63,071 nucleotides of DNA, taken from the NCBI GenBank assembly GCA_031371425.1, contig JANMJO010000025.1, forward strand, positions 1 through 63,071, read 5' to 3'. Positions 1-8,300 of the stretch are shown piece by piece; positions within the stretch are counted from its first letter, which is position 1, and every line of letters starts with the position of its first letter. This DNA is from Verrucomicrobiales bacterium. Its GTDB lineage: Bacteria; Verrucomicrobiota; Verrucomicrobiia; Limisphaerales; JAFMIX01. Below the pieces are notes generated by a model, which made no database searches, was not told the DNA's origin, and saw nothing but the letters and a program-made list of their open reading frames with translations. Position numbers and translations under genes: made by a program.

Positions 1-650
1 TGGTTGTCGTGCAGGTTCATCTTGGTGAAGACGCTTTCCTCGGTGCGGTAGCAGGCGAGGCCATCGAACTCATTGTCGAACGCCTCGAAATCGCTGACGG
101 TGAGCCGCCGCACGCCGTTGGCGGTGACGAGGCCGCCGGAACGGCAGTGCGCGGTGACGACGCGCTCCACGGTGGAATCCGCGATGGCTTGCGCCATGAC
201 GCCGTTGTTCTGGATGTATGAATTGTTGACAGGGCTGGGCCAGGTCTCGACGGTCTGGCGAGCGCGGTTGCCGTCAATGGTGAGGTCGGCGAGCCGCAGG
301 CGGGTGACGATGTTGGATGGATTTGCTTCGGTGTAGCCGAGGATGACGACGGGGCAATTGGCGCCATCGGCGAGCCGCAACACTGTGGCTGGCCCGCTGC
401 CGCGCAGGGTCTGGTGGCTGCGGTTTAGGATGATGGGCTGGCGGATTTCGTGGCGGCCCGCAGCGAGGATGACTTCGCCGCCAGCCGCAGGCAACTGGTC
501 GAGGGCCTTCTGGATTTCCGCGCCGGTGACGCCGGCGGACAGGTTCACTACGGTGGAGAAGGCGGGAAGCGGATGGGTGACAAGAATGCAGAGAACCAAC
601 CCGAAGAACCACCGGGCGACGCAGAGGCAGATTGTTCGCTGCTCTTTCAT
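1..650 (-). CDS. Secreted right-handed parallel beta-helix (pectate-lyase-fold/NosD-like) protein; N-terminal part only, the ORF runs off the left edge of the window
   Basis: Absent from the ORF track because it has no stop inside the window. My own reverse-strand translation from ATG at 650 gives MKEQRTICLCVARWFFGLVLCILVTHPLPAFSTVVNLSAGVTGAEIQKALDQLPAAGGEVILAAGRHEIRQPIILNRSHQTLRGSGPATVLRLADGANCPVVILG... and stays open to position 3. It has a hydrophobic signal-like N-terminus followed by a typical beta-helix protein start. Confidence 0.6.
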   Translation of the reverse strand, partial: MKEQRTICLCVARWFFGLVLCILVTHPLPAFSTVVNLSAGVTGAEIQKALDQLPAAGGEVILAAGRHEIRQPIILNRSHQTLRGSGPATVLRLADGANCPVVILGYTEANPSNIVTRLRLADLTIDGNRARQTVETWPSPVNNSYIQNNGVMAQAIADSTVERVVTAHCRSGGLVTANGVRRLTVSDFEAFDNEFDGLACYRTEESVFTKMNLHDN

Positions 651-717
651 CCTGATGCAACATTCCACAGCAGCAACAAAGCCACTAGGAAAAGTTTTTA
701 GAATAAACTTCGGATGG

Positions 718-786
718 GAGCGCTGATTTCCAAATCGGCGGGTTGACGCAACTCTGACTACTTGCCGATTTGGAAATCGGCGCTCC
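718..786. repeat. REP-like hairpin (ggagcgctgatttccaaatcggc / gccgatttggaaatcggcgctcc) just downstream of cysE; terminator-like
   Basis: Near-perfect 22-23 bp inverted repeat read directly at 718-739 and 764-786. It lies in the 152-bp gap between the cysE stop (803) and the next gene start (650). Confidence 0.6.
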
Positions 787-802
787 GGGCGGACTGCGTC
801 AG

Positions 803-1723
803 TCAGATATGGAAATCGGGAGTGGGCTTGTCCTTCTGCGCCTTGCTGAGCACGCGCATATCAAGCCCGTCGTAGATGACGAGCGAACCGGGCGCGACGC
901 TGTCCATGATGAAGACATTGCCGCCGATGGTGCTGCCCGCGCCGATGACGGTATCGCCGCCGAGGATGGTCGCGCCGGGGTAGATGGTGACGCGGTCTTC
1001 AATGGTGGGGTGGCGTTTCTTGCCGCGGAGTTGCTCCACGTGGGAGGTGGATTTCGCGCCGAGTGTGACGCCGTGATACATCTTCACATGGTTGCCGATG
1101 ATGGCGGTCTCGCCCACGACGGTGCCGGTGCAGTGATCCACGAAGAAGTGCGTGCCGATCTGCGCGCCGGGGTGCAGGTCCATGCCGGTGCGGGCGTGCG
1201 CCCATTCGCTCATGATGCGGGGGATGAGCGGGATGTTTTTTTTGTAAAGCTCGTGCGCGAGGCGCTGCACGGCGATGGCCTCGATGAAGGGGTAGGCGAC
1301 GATGACTTCCTCCTTGCTCAAGGCGGCGGGGTCGCCCGCGTAGGCGGCCTCGACATCGGTCTGCAAGATTTCGCGGATGTGTGGGAGGCGGTTGAGGAAT
1401 TCGAGCGTGAGGGTGTGCGCGGCGGCGGTGATGTCTTTCTTGGCGAGGTCGGCGGGCGGGTTGTATTCGAGGCTCTTGCGGACTTCGTCTTCCAGCGTGC
1501 CGATCACGGTGTCGAGGAGGACGGCGGTCTCGGCCTTGAGTTCGGAGGAGTGGATGAGTTTCTCGTCGTAGAATCCGGGGAAGAGCAGCCGCAGCAGGTC
1601 CACGGTGATGAGTGCGATGGCGCGCTTGGACGGGAGGTTTTTGCCGTCGAGATGGTTGATGCCGCCCGCCTTGGCATAGGACGCGACGAGCTGGTTGGTG
1701 AGTTGCGTGACCGTCTGCTGCAT
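803..1723 (-). CDS. cysE: Serine O-acetyltransferase
   Basis: ORF 803..1762. Carries left-handed beta-helix hexapeptide repeats (GVTLGAKSTS..., RVTIYPGATILGGDTVIGAGSTIGGNVFI) and an SAT N-terminal helical domain (DVEAAYAGDPAA, AYPFIEAIAVQRLAHELY). The track start at 1762 is GTG next to a REP element; the ATG at 1723 (MQQTVTQLT...) is preferred. Confidence 0.9.
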   Translation of the reverse strand: MQQTVTQLTNQLVASYAKAGGINHLDGKNLPSKRAIALITVDLLRLLFPGFYDEKLIHSSELKAETAVLLDTVIGTLEDEVRKSLEYNPPADLAKKDITAAAHTLTLEFLNRLPHIREILQTDVEAAYAGDPAALSKEEVIVAYPFIEAIAVQRLAHELYKKNIPLIPRIMSEWAHARTGMDLHPGAQIGTHFFVDHCTGTVVGETAIIGNHVKMYHGVTLGAKSTSHVEQLRGKKRHPTIEDRVTIYPGATILGGDTVIGAGSTIGGNVFIMDSVAPGSLVIYDGLDMRVLSKAQKDKPTPDFHI

Positions 1724-1764
1724 GGCCGGAGTATTTCGCAGCGATACCCAAAACGCAAGCACCC

Positions 1765-1950
1765 GGAGCGCGGAGCAATGCTCCGCGCTCCTATGGTTTC
1801 AACCCGACATCGGATGTCGGGGTCAGCTTCTGATACGCACTGAATGACTGCGAACCTTTGGAGGGCTTCTGTGCGCCCGGGTTTTCCGCGAGGGCGCGGA
1901 AAACTGCGCCCGGGGCGGGCACTCTCCCATTCCTATTTCGGCGTTCGGGT
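1765..1950. repeat. Composite of three palindromic repeat families between cysE and the GT25 gene
   Basis: Three elements read directly: ggagcgcggagcaatgctccgcgctcc (1765-1791, perfect palindrome arms); cccgacatcggatgtcgggg (1803-1822); and ctgtgcgcccgggttttccgcgagggcgcggaaaactgcgcccggggcgggc (1869-1920), which is identical to 49040-49091. Confidence 0.8.
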
Positions 1951-1977
1951 TCAACACCGCCAAACCGCACCACGGCT

Positions 1978-2763
1978 TCAGGCGAAGGGAATGACTGCCC
2001 AGCTTTCGCGCCAACGCAGCCTCTTGGACAGGGTCTTCGGCAGCGCCGCCAATTGCTGGAGCGGCCGCGTCAACTCCGCCTTGATTTTCCGCAGGAGTGT
2101 TTTCACCTCAAGCGGCGGAACGGGCGGCTGGACGGAGCTTTCCATTTCGGGAATGACGATGCCATCGCGGATGCGTGCGCCCTGGACGCACAGCGCCGGG
2201 ATGAGCTGATAGACCGGATGATGCCGCCGCAGCGCCTCCTCGTTGAACACGAGCCGGTCGGCGGAACGGTCCACCTCCTCCGCGCGGAGCAGCAACTCTT
2301 CCGCGCCCTTGCGGCTGACGATGTATCCTGCCGTCCCGAAATGCTGCGAGCGCAACACCGCCAGCGAGCGATCGAGTCCCGGTCGGCTGGTGCGCTCGAT
2401 GAAAACATTGTGCATGGCCGTCTCTATTTTCAACAGGTTGCAGCCGGCGGGAATCCACGATTCGTCACCGATAAACCGTCCGAAATCCGGGCTGACGTGA
2501 ATGTCATCCTCCAGCACGCAGGCAAATTGTTCCACGCCCGCCAGAAATTCCCGCCACACGACGCGATGACTCCACGTGCACGCGCGATCAAACTTGGAGA
2601 TCCGTCCCGCGTCCGCCGGGAGCGACGGATCGCGGTGCTCCGAACCCGGCACGGTCTTGCCATCCACCGCCGCCACGCGCTTGAAGGCCACGCCTTGAAG
2701 TTCCTTTTCCATGCGCGCCAGACGCTGCGTGTGCCGGTCCAAGTTGATGAGGTAAACCTGCAT
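1978..2763 (-). CDS. Glycosyltransferase family 25 (LPS core beta-1,4-galactosyltransferase-like, LgtB/Lic2B type)
   Basis: ORF 1978..2811. The ATG at 2763 gives MQVYLINLDRHTQRLARMEKEL..., the typical GT25 N-terminus, and a central EDD motif is present (ACVLEDDIHVSPDF). The start lies 1 nt after the waaF stop. Confidence 0.8.
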   Translation of the reverse strand: MQVYLINLDRHTQRLARMEKELQGVAFKRVAAVDGKTVPGSEHRDPSLPADAGRISKFDRACTWSHRVVWREFLAGVEQFACVLEDDIHVSPDFGRFIGDESWIPAGCNLLKIETAMHNVFIERTSRPGLDRSLAVLRSQHFGTAGYIVSRKGAEELLLRAEEVDRSADRLVFNEEALRRHHPVYQLIPALCVQGARIRDGIVIPEMESSVQPPVPPLEVKTLLRKIKAELTRPLQQLAALPKTLSKRLRWRESWAVIPFA

Positions 2764-2764
2764 G

Positions 2765-3907
2765 TCAGCCCTGCCCTCCGGGATTCCCATCCACGGCACG
2801 CAACACCGCATCCGCCACCGTCGCCACGCTGATGCCGTTCATGCAGCGGAAATCCACGGGGCACTCGCGCAGAAAACACGGCGCGCACACCGCATCCGAT
2901 TTCAACAGGCGATGACGCGCATCGCCCGGCAGCCCCGGCCCGGTCAGTTCCGGCGCGGTGCTGCCGAACGGCACGACCACCGGCGTGCCGAGCGCGGCAG
3001 CCATGTGCATCGGGCCGGTGTCGTTCGTCAGCAGCACGCGACATGACGCAAGCAACGCCATCAGCTCGCGCAGCGTGGTCTGGCCCGCCAAGTTTCGAGT
3101 TTCGAGTTTCGAGTTTCGAGTTTCGGCGGCAATGCGTTCTGCCAGTGCCACGTCACCTTTCCCGCCGAAGATGAGCCACACGCAGCCGGTGCGCTGCTGG
3201 ATTTCCTTTGCCACCGCGATAAATTTTTCCGCAGGCCAGCGTTTGGCCGGGCCGTATTCCGCGCCGGGGTTCAGGCCGAACACTGGCGCGGTGATCCGCT
3301 CCAAACCAAACTTCTGCCGCGCTTCCGCAACCTCCGCTTCCGTGACAAACAATTGCGGCGCGAGCGGCGCAGCATCCGCACCCAGCGCGGCGGCGAGGTG
3401 CAGATACTCGTGGATTTGATGGGCGCTCGCCGCGCTCGTAGCCGCGCTCGTAGCCGCGCTTGTGAAAGCGCGATCGGTCCGCCGATTCACATCGGCGGCT
3501 ACGAGCGCACGAATTTCTTTCACGGAACGCTTCCGCATCCTCACCGCAGCGGCGCGGGGCGGGACGGCTTGCGTCAGAAAAATATTCCGCCACGGACGCG
3601 CACCGCCGACGCGACGTGGAATGCCCGCGAGAAAAACCTCCAGCGCCGAGCGCGGCGAGTTGGGCAGCACGAGCGCGAGGTCGAAGCTCCCGGCGCGCAG
3701 CCGCCGCGCGATGGAGAAGACACTCTCGCCCGCCGCGAACGCGATGGTTTCATCCACCGCCGGATGGTGCAGCCACAGCCTGCGCAGCTTTTCCGCCGTG
3801 AGCAGCGCGATGTGCGCGGCGGGAAACCGCTCGCGCAGCCGCGACAGCGCAGGCGTGGTCATCACGGCATCGCCGAGCCAGTTTGTCGCGCGGACAAGGA
3901 TTTTCAT
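2765..3907 (-). CDS. waaF: ADP-heptose:LPS heptosyltransferase II (GT9)
   Basis: [29 protein letters not shown]..., LVLPNSPRSALEVFLAGIPRRVGG, GLNPGAEYGPAKRWP and LLTNDTGPMHMAAALGTPVV are GT9/WaaF signatures. The ATG at 3907 overlaps the lpxK stop (ATGA). Confidence 0.85.
   Translation of the reverse strand: MKILVRATNWLGDAVMTTPALSRLRERFPAAHIALLTAEKLRRLWLHHPAVDETIAFAAGESVFSIARRLRAGSFDLALVLPNSPRSALEVFLAGIPRRVGGARPWRNIFLTQAVPPRAAAVRMRKRSVKEIRALVAADVNRRTDRAFTSAATSAATSAASAHQIHEYLHLAAALGADAAPLAPQLFVTEAEVAEARQKFGLERITAPVFGLNPGAEYGPAKRWPAEKFIAVAKEIQQRTGCVWLIFGGKGDVALAERIAAETRNSKLETRNLAGQTTLRELMALLASCRVLLTNDTGPMHMAAALGTPVVVPFGSTAPELTGPGLPGDARHRLLKSDAVCAPCFLRECPVDFRCMNGISVATVADAVLRAVDGNPGGQG
3091..3125. 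repeat. Heptanucleotide tandem array (agtttcg)x5 inside waaF
   Basis: Five perfect 7-bp units read directly. They are translated as AAETRNSKLETRNLAG in a loop of the GT9 C-terminal domain. Confidence 0.9.
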
Positions 3908-5076
3908 CGGAAGCAAATTTTGCGGACGCAGTCCTCGAAGTCGTCCGCGCCGGCGAGAATTTTAATTTCCACGCGGACAAAGAACACCGGCAGGTCGCGG
4001 CGATCAATCTTGGGGAAGCGCACGGCGTCTTTCTGCGTGGTGATGATGATCTCGGCCTGGCGTTTTTTGCTGCGGTTGATGGCGTTGAGCACCTCCTGTT
4101 GCGAGAACCGGTGGTGGTCGGCGAAACGCTTGGAATAAACCAGCTCCGCGCCGAGCTTCACGAGGCTTTCCTCGAAGCTCTCCGGCTGCGCGATGCCGCT
4201 GAACGATGCGATCTTCAGACCTTTGATGAACTCCAGCCCCTTGCGCTCGCCGGAAAAAACATCCTCGAAATACAGCGGGTGATGCACGCACTCGATGATG
4301 CCGGCGGTGGAATTATACTGCGCGATGCGCCGGCGCAGTTCCGCCGTGTTGCCATCGCTCTTGGTGATGAAGATGGTGTTGGCCCGCGCGAGGTGCGATG
4401 GCGGTTCGCGCAACGTGCCGCGCGGCAGCAGGCGCTCGTTGCCGAACGGCTGCTGGCGGTCAATCAGCACGATGTCCTGCCGGCGGCCTCGCAGTTTCCA
4501 GTATTGGAAACCATCGTCAAGCAGCAGCGTATCGCAGCCGAATTTCTCAATGGCATAGCGCCCGGCCTTCACGCGGTCTTTGTCCACGAGCACCACGACG
4601 TCTTTGAGGTTGGACGCGAGCATGTAAGGCTCGTCGCCCGCCATGTCGGAATCGAGCAGGAGCGATTTGCCGTCTGAGACGACGCGGGGCGGTGTGGTGT
4701 CCTCGCGGAACAGGATTTTGTTCAGCAGCCGTTCGTGCAGCGGCGCGGGGCGCGAGCGATAGCCGCGCGAAAGGATGGCCACGGTGCGTCCCTGATCCTG
4801 CAAGGCGCGGGCGAATTTCTCCACAACGGGCGTCTTGCCCGTGCCGCCCACGGTGAGGTTGCCCACGGCGATGACCTGCACGCCGAGCGTGGCGTCGCGG
4901 AAGATGCGGACGTTGTAGAGGAAGCGGCGGAGCTTGATGCCGACCTGGAACAGCCAAGAAAACGCGTGCAACACGGCGCGGGTGAGCTTCGCCTCCCATC
5001 CATGACGCTGCTCGAAGATGACCTCGAGAAAAAAAGTCTCGATGGTTTCAGACCAGGCTCGGATTCGCTCGCGCAT
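3904..5076 (-). CDS. lpxK: Tetraacyldisaccharide 4'-kinase
   Basis: P-loop [22 protein letters not shown] followed by AILSRGYRS, with the length expected for LpxK. ATG at 5076. Confidence 0.9.
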   Translation of the reverse strand: MRERIRAWSETIETFFLEVIFEQRHGWEAKLTRAVLHAFSWLFQVGIKLRRFLYNVRIFRDATLGVQVIAVGNLTVGGTGKTPVVEKFARALQDQGRTVAILSRGYRSRPAPLHERLLNKILFREDTTPPRVVSDGKSLLLDSDMAGDEPYMLASNLKDVVVLVDKDRVKAGRYAIEKFGCDTLLLDDGFQYWKLRGRRQDIVLIDRQQPFGNERLLPRGTLREPPSHLARANTIFITKSDGNTAELRRRIAQYNSTAGIIECVHHPLYFEDVFSGERKGLEFIKGLKIASFSGIAQPESFEESLVKLGAELVYSKRFADHHRFSQQEVLNAINRSKKRQAEIIITTQKDAVRFPKIDRRDLPVFFVRVEIKILAGADDFEDCVRKICFR

Positions 5077-5132
5077 TCGGCGTGGATTGTGCCAAGCGGT
5101 TCAACGCGCAGCAAGCGGAACACTCACGCGCA

Positions 5133-5285
5133 CTGGGTAACGGGCGCATCTGGACACTGCCCCCGAATCGAACGGGCGGGTCGTTTGGAGTTCCGCGTTT
5201 ACGAGGCCCGGCGTGGCCATCCGCCCAAGCCGCCTGAAGGCGGAACTCCAAACGGGGGCAGCGTCAAGATGCGCCCCTGGGTAAC
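5133..5285. mobile_element. MITE-like element: 24-bp terminal inverted repeats (5142-5165 / 5253-5276) flanked by the 9-bp direct repeat ctgggtaac (5133-5141 and 5277-5285); carries a nested ggagttccgc...gcggaactcc hairpin (5186-5262)
   Basis: gggcgcatctggacactgcccccg versus the reverse complement of cgggggcagcgtcaagatgcgccc matches at 22 of 24 positions. The identical 9-mer lies on both flanks. The element has no coding capacity and sits between the stop of the giant gene (5380) and the lpxK start (5076). Confidence 0.65.
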
Positions 5286-5379
5286 CTGAATCGTGAGGCA
5301 ACGAAGCTATAACAGCTCCCGCCTCCGGTAACATTTAGCCGTGAGTCAAAAGTTATTTACCAGCGCACTGCCGCTCTGT

Positions 5380-8300
5380 TCATGGCCAGACGGCGCGATA
5401 GAACATTGGAGACGGCGGATTGGAGTCGTAGAAAATAATCTCCCCGCCCCCATCCGTGGTGCCGGAAGCCACTTCTGTCCAGACCACAGTGCCGGACAAA
5501 GAGGCGGTGCGTTGCAGGCGGTAGGTTGTTCCCGCCACGCCGTTCAGGGTGACGACGGCAAACTGATTGTCGCCGAACACCTGCGCCCCCATTTTCAAGG
5601 TGCAGTAAATATTCGGCACGGCCATGACGTGGATGGAAAACTGGTTCGTCGCGCTCGCGCCATCCGTGTCGGTGGCCACCACGCCGACCGGGTAATTCCC
5701 GATGGCGTTCGGTGTGCCACTGAATGCCCCAGAGATTGCGTCAAAGTTCAGCCACGCCGGCACTGCCAGACCCAAGTCCAAGCCCAGCGTCAGCGCATCT
5801 TCCACATCCGGGTCAGAGAATGTTCCCGCCGGCACCGTGTATGCCAGCGGCGTGCTCGGCGTGACCGTCTGATCCACGAGCGGAGTCACCACCAGCGGTG
5901 CGTTGTTGTATTTGAGGCGGAACATGTATGCCGTGCCGCCGCGCACGCCGGCATCCAGACCGTTGTAAGCGCCCGCCACCACCGTGCCGCGGTAGACGGC
6001 CACGCTGCAGCCAAAATTATCCGAGAAACCCACCGCCGCAGGCAGGAATTTATCTACCTGACCCCAGGTGTTACTGCCGCCCTGATGCTGTGCGAACAGA
6101 TACGCCGCACCGAAATCCGCCGAGCTGCCATCCGTGAGCGGCGCACCTACCACCAGCTTGTTCACACTCAACGCCAGCGCGAGGCCAAACCGATCCGAAA
6201 TCGCAGGAACGGGTGCGGTCAACTTCCTCAACTGACCCCAGACATTGCTGCCGCCCTGATTCTGCGAGAAAACATACGCCGCGCCCGCGTCGCCCAAGGT
6301 CGTGATGTCGGCCAACGGAGCGCCTACCGCGATGGTTTCTCCGCTGATGGCCACCGCGTTGCCGAAGTTATCTGCAGCCAGCCCGTCCGCCGAAGCCAGT
6401 TTTTTAACGAAACCCCATTGCTCCGCGCCATCCTGATTTCGGGAGAAAAGATACGCCGCACCCGCGTCACTGCGCCCCACAAAATCTGCCTGCGGCGAAC
6501 CGACCAGCACGTTCGTGCCGTCTGCTGCGACGGAGTAGCCGAAGTGGTCCGAACCAGCCGGGTCAGTTGAAACCAGTTTCTTCACCTGTCCCCAGAAATT
6601 ACTGCCGCCTTGATTCTGAATGAAAACAAACGCCGCGCCCGAATCGCTCGCCGGAGCATCCGCGAACGGCGCGCCCACCGAGATTACATTGCCACTGATG
6701 GAAACCGCCGAGCCGAACTGGTCGTTACCCGCGCCGCCTGTGGCCAGCAGCTTCTTCACGAAGCCCCATTGATCCGCGCCGCCTTGGTTGCGCGCGAAGA
6801 CGTAAGCCGAACCGGAGTTGACCCCGAATTCATCCGTGAACCGCGCGCCCACCACAATGGTATCCCCGCTGATTCCGACCGCATAACCAAACTCATCCGA
6901 GATATGGCCGTCCGCCGGCACCAACTTCTTGAACTGCGTCCATGTGTTTGAGCCGTCGAGACTGCGCGTGTAGAGATAGACCGCGCCGCCGCCCAAACCT
7001 GTCAAATCACGCGGCGCACCCACCACTGCGAGGTCGCGCGTCGTGGCGACGGACCAGCCGAACTGCGCGTTCGCCGTCCGGTCGCTCGCCGTCACCTTCG
7101 CCGTCAACGGATGAATCGCCACGACCGTCGTGTTCGAATCCACCACCGTCGGCGCAAAGAAATCATCCACGCGAATCGTGAACCGCGTCACCTCATTCGT
7201 GCCGGGCGCGACCCGGCTCGCCACCGTGGGCGTGAAGACCAGCCCGCGCAACGCCGTCGTCGCCTGCGCCGCCGTCACTGTCCCGTTCGAGACGCCATAC
7301 GAATACACGCCGCCGCCCAAGTCGCTGAAGCCGCCGAGTGTGGACAACGCGCCCTTCACTGCGCTGTCCAGCGTGACCGTGATGCGGAGCGCCTGTGTCT
7401 TGTCATTGTCCACTTCGGTGATGAGCGCGCTCACGAATGGCTTGATCGAGCTGTGGCTGTAAACCGTCTGCCCCGCGACCGTGCCGCTGATGACCGGCGC
7501 GTCATTCACCGCCGTCACCGCCACCGTCGTCAGGTTCGTCACGAATTGGAGGATGAAACCGTCGTCCACGAAGAGCGTCAGATGGTTCGTCTCCGTCGTC
7601 GGCACGCGGATGTGATTCGGCACGGGCGCGAAAACAATTCCGCGCAACGCCGCCGTAATGGCGGCCGGTGTTCCGTAAATTTCAAACTGCCCCGGTGCTG
7701 TCTGCGTGAAGCCGCCGAGACTCTGCAACGCGCCGTTGTCGAGATGATCCATCGAAATATAAACAGCCAGCGGTTGCACAGCGTCATCGTCCACATCGCC
7801 CACCGTGATCGTGGAGAACGGTTGCACGGTCTGCTTGTCGGTGATCGCGCGATTGAGATTGTTGGTGATGGTCGGGTCGTCGTTGACCGCCGTGATCGCC
7901 ACGGTCGTCACTGTGTCCGTCACCGTCGGCGCGAAGCCGTCGTTGACGGTGAGCGTCAGATGCGTCGTCTCGGTCGTCGGCACGATGATATGGTTCGGCG
8001 TCGGCACGAACACGATGCCGCGCAGCGCGGTGGTGAGGTTCGTAGGCGTGCCGGTCATGGTGAACAGATTGCTCGAGACTGCGGTGAAGCCGCCGAGGCT
8101 GGTCAGCGTCTGGTTGTCGAGATTGTCGAGCGCAATGGTCACGGTCTGCGACTGCAACGCGTCATCGTCCACGTCGGCGATGGTCACGCTGCCGAACGGA
8201 TGCGTGGTCTGCTTGTCGGTGATCGCGTAATTGGTCGTGCCGGTGATGGTCGGCGTGTCGTTGATTGCCGTCACGGCGACGGTCGTGATGGCATTCGTCA

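Noticed and set aside
5341-6570. 409-aa plus-strand ORF overlapping the end of the giant adhesin gene
   Set aside because: It is antisense to the FG-GAP propeller region, has an Arg/His-rich composition, and lacks a signal sequence or motif.
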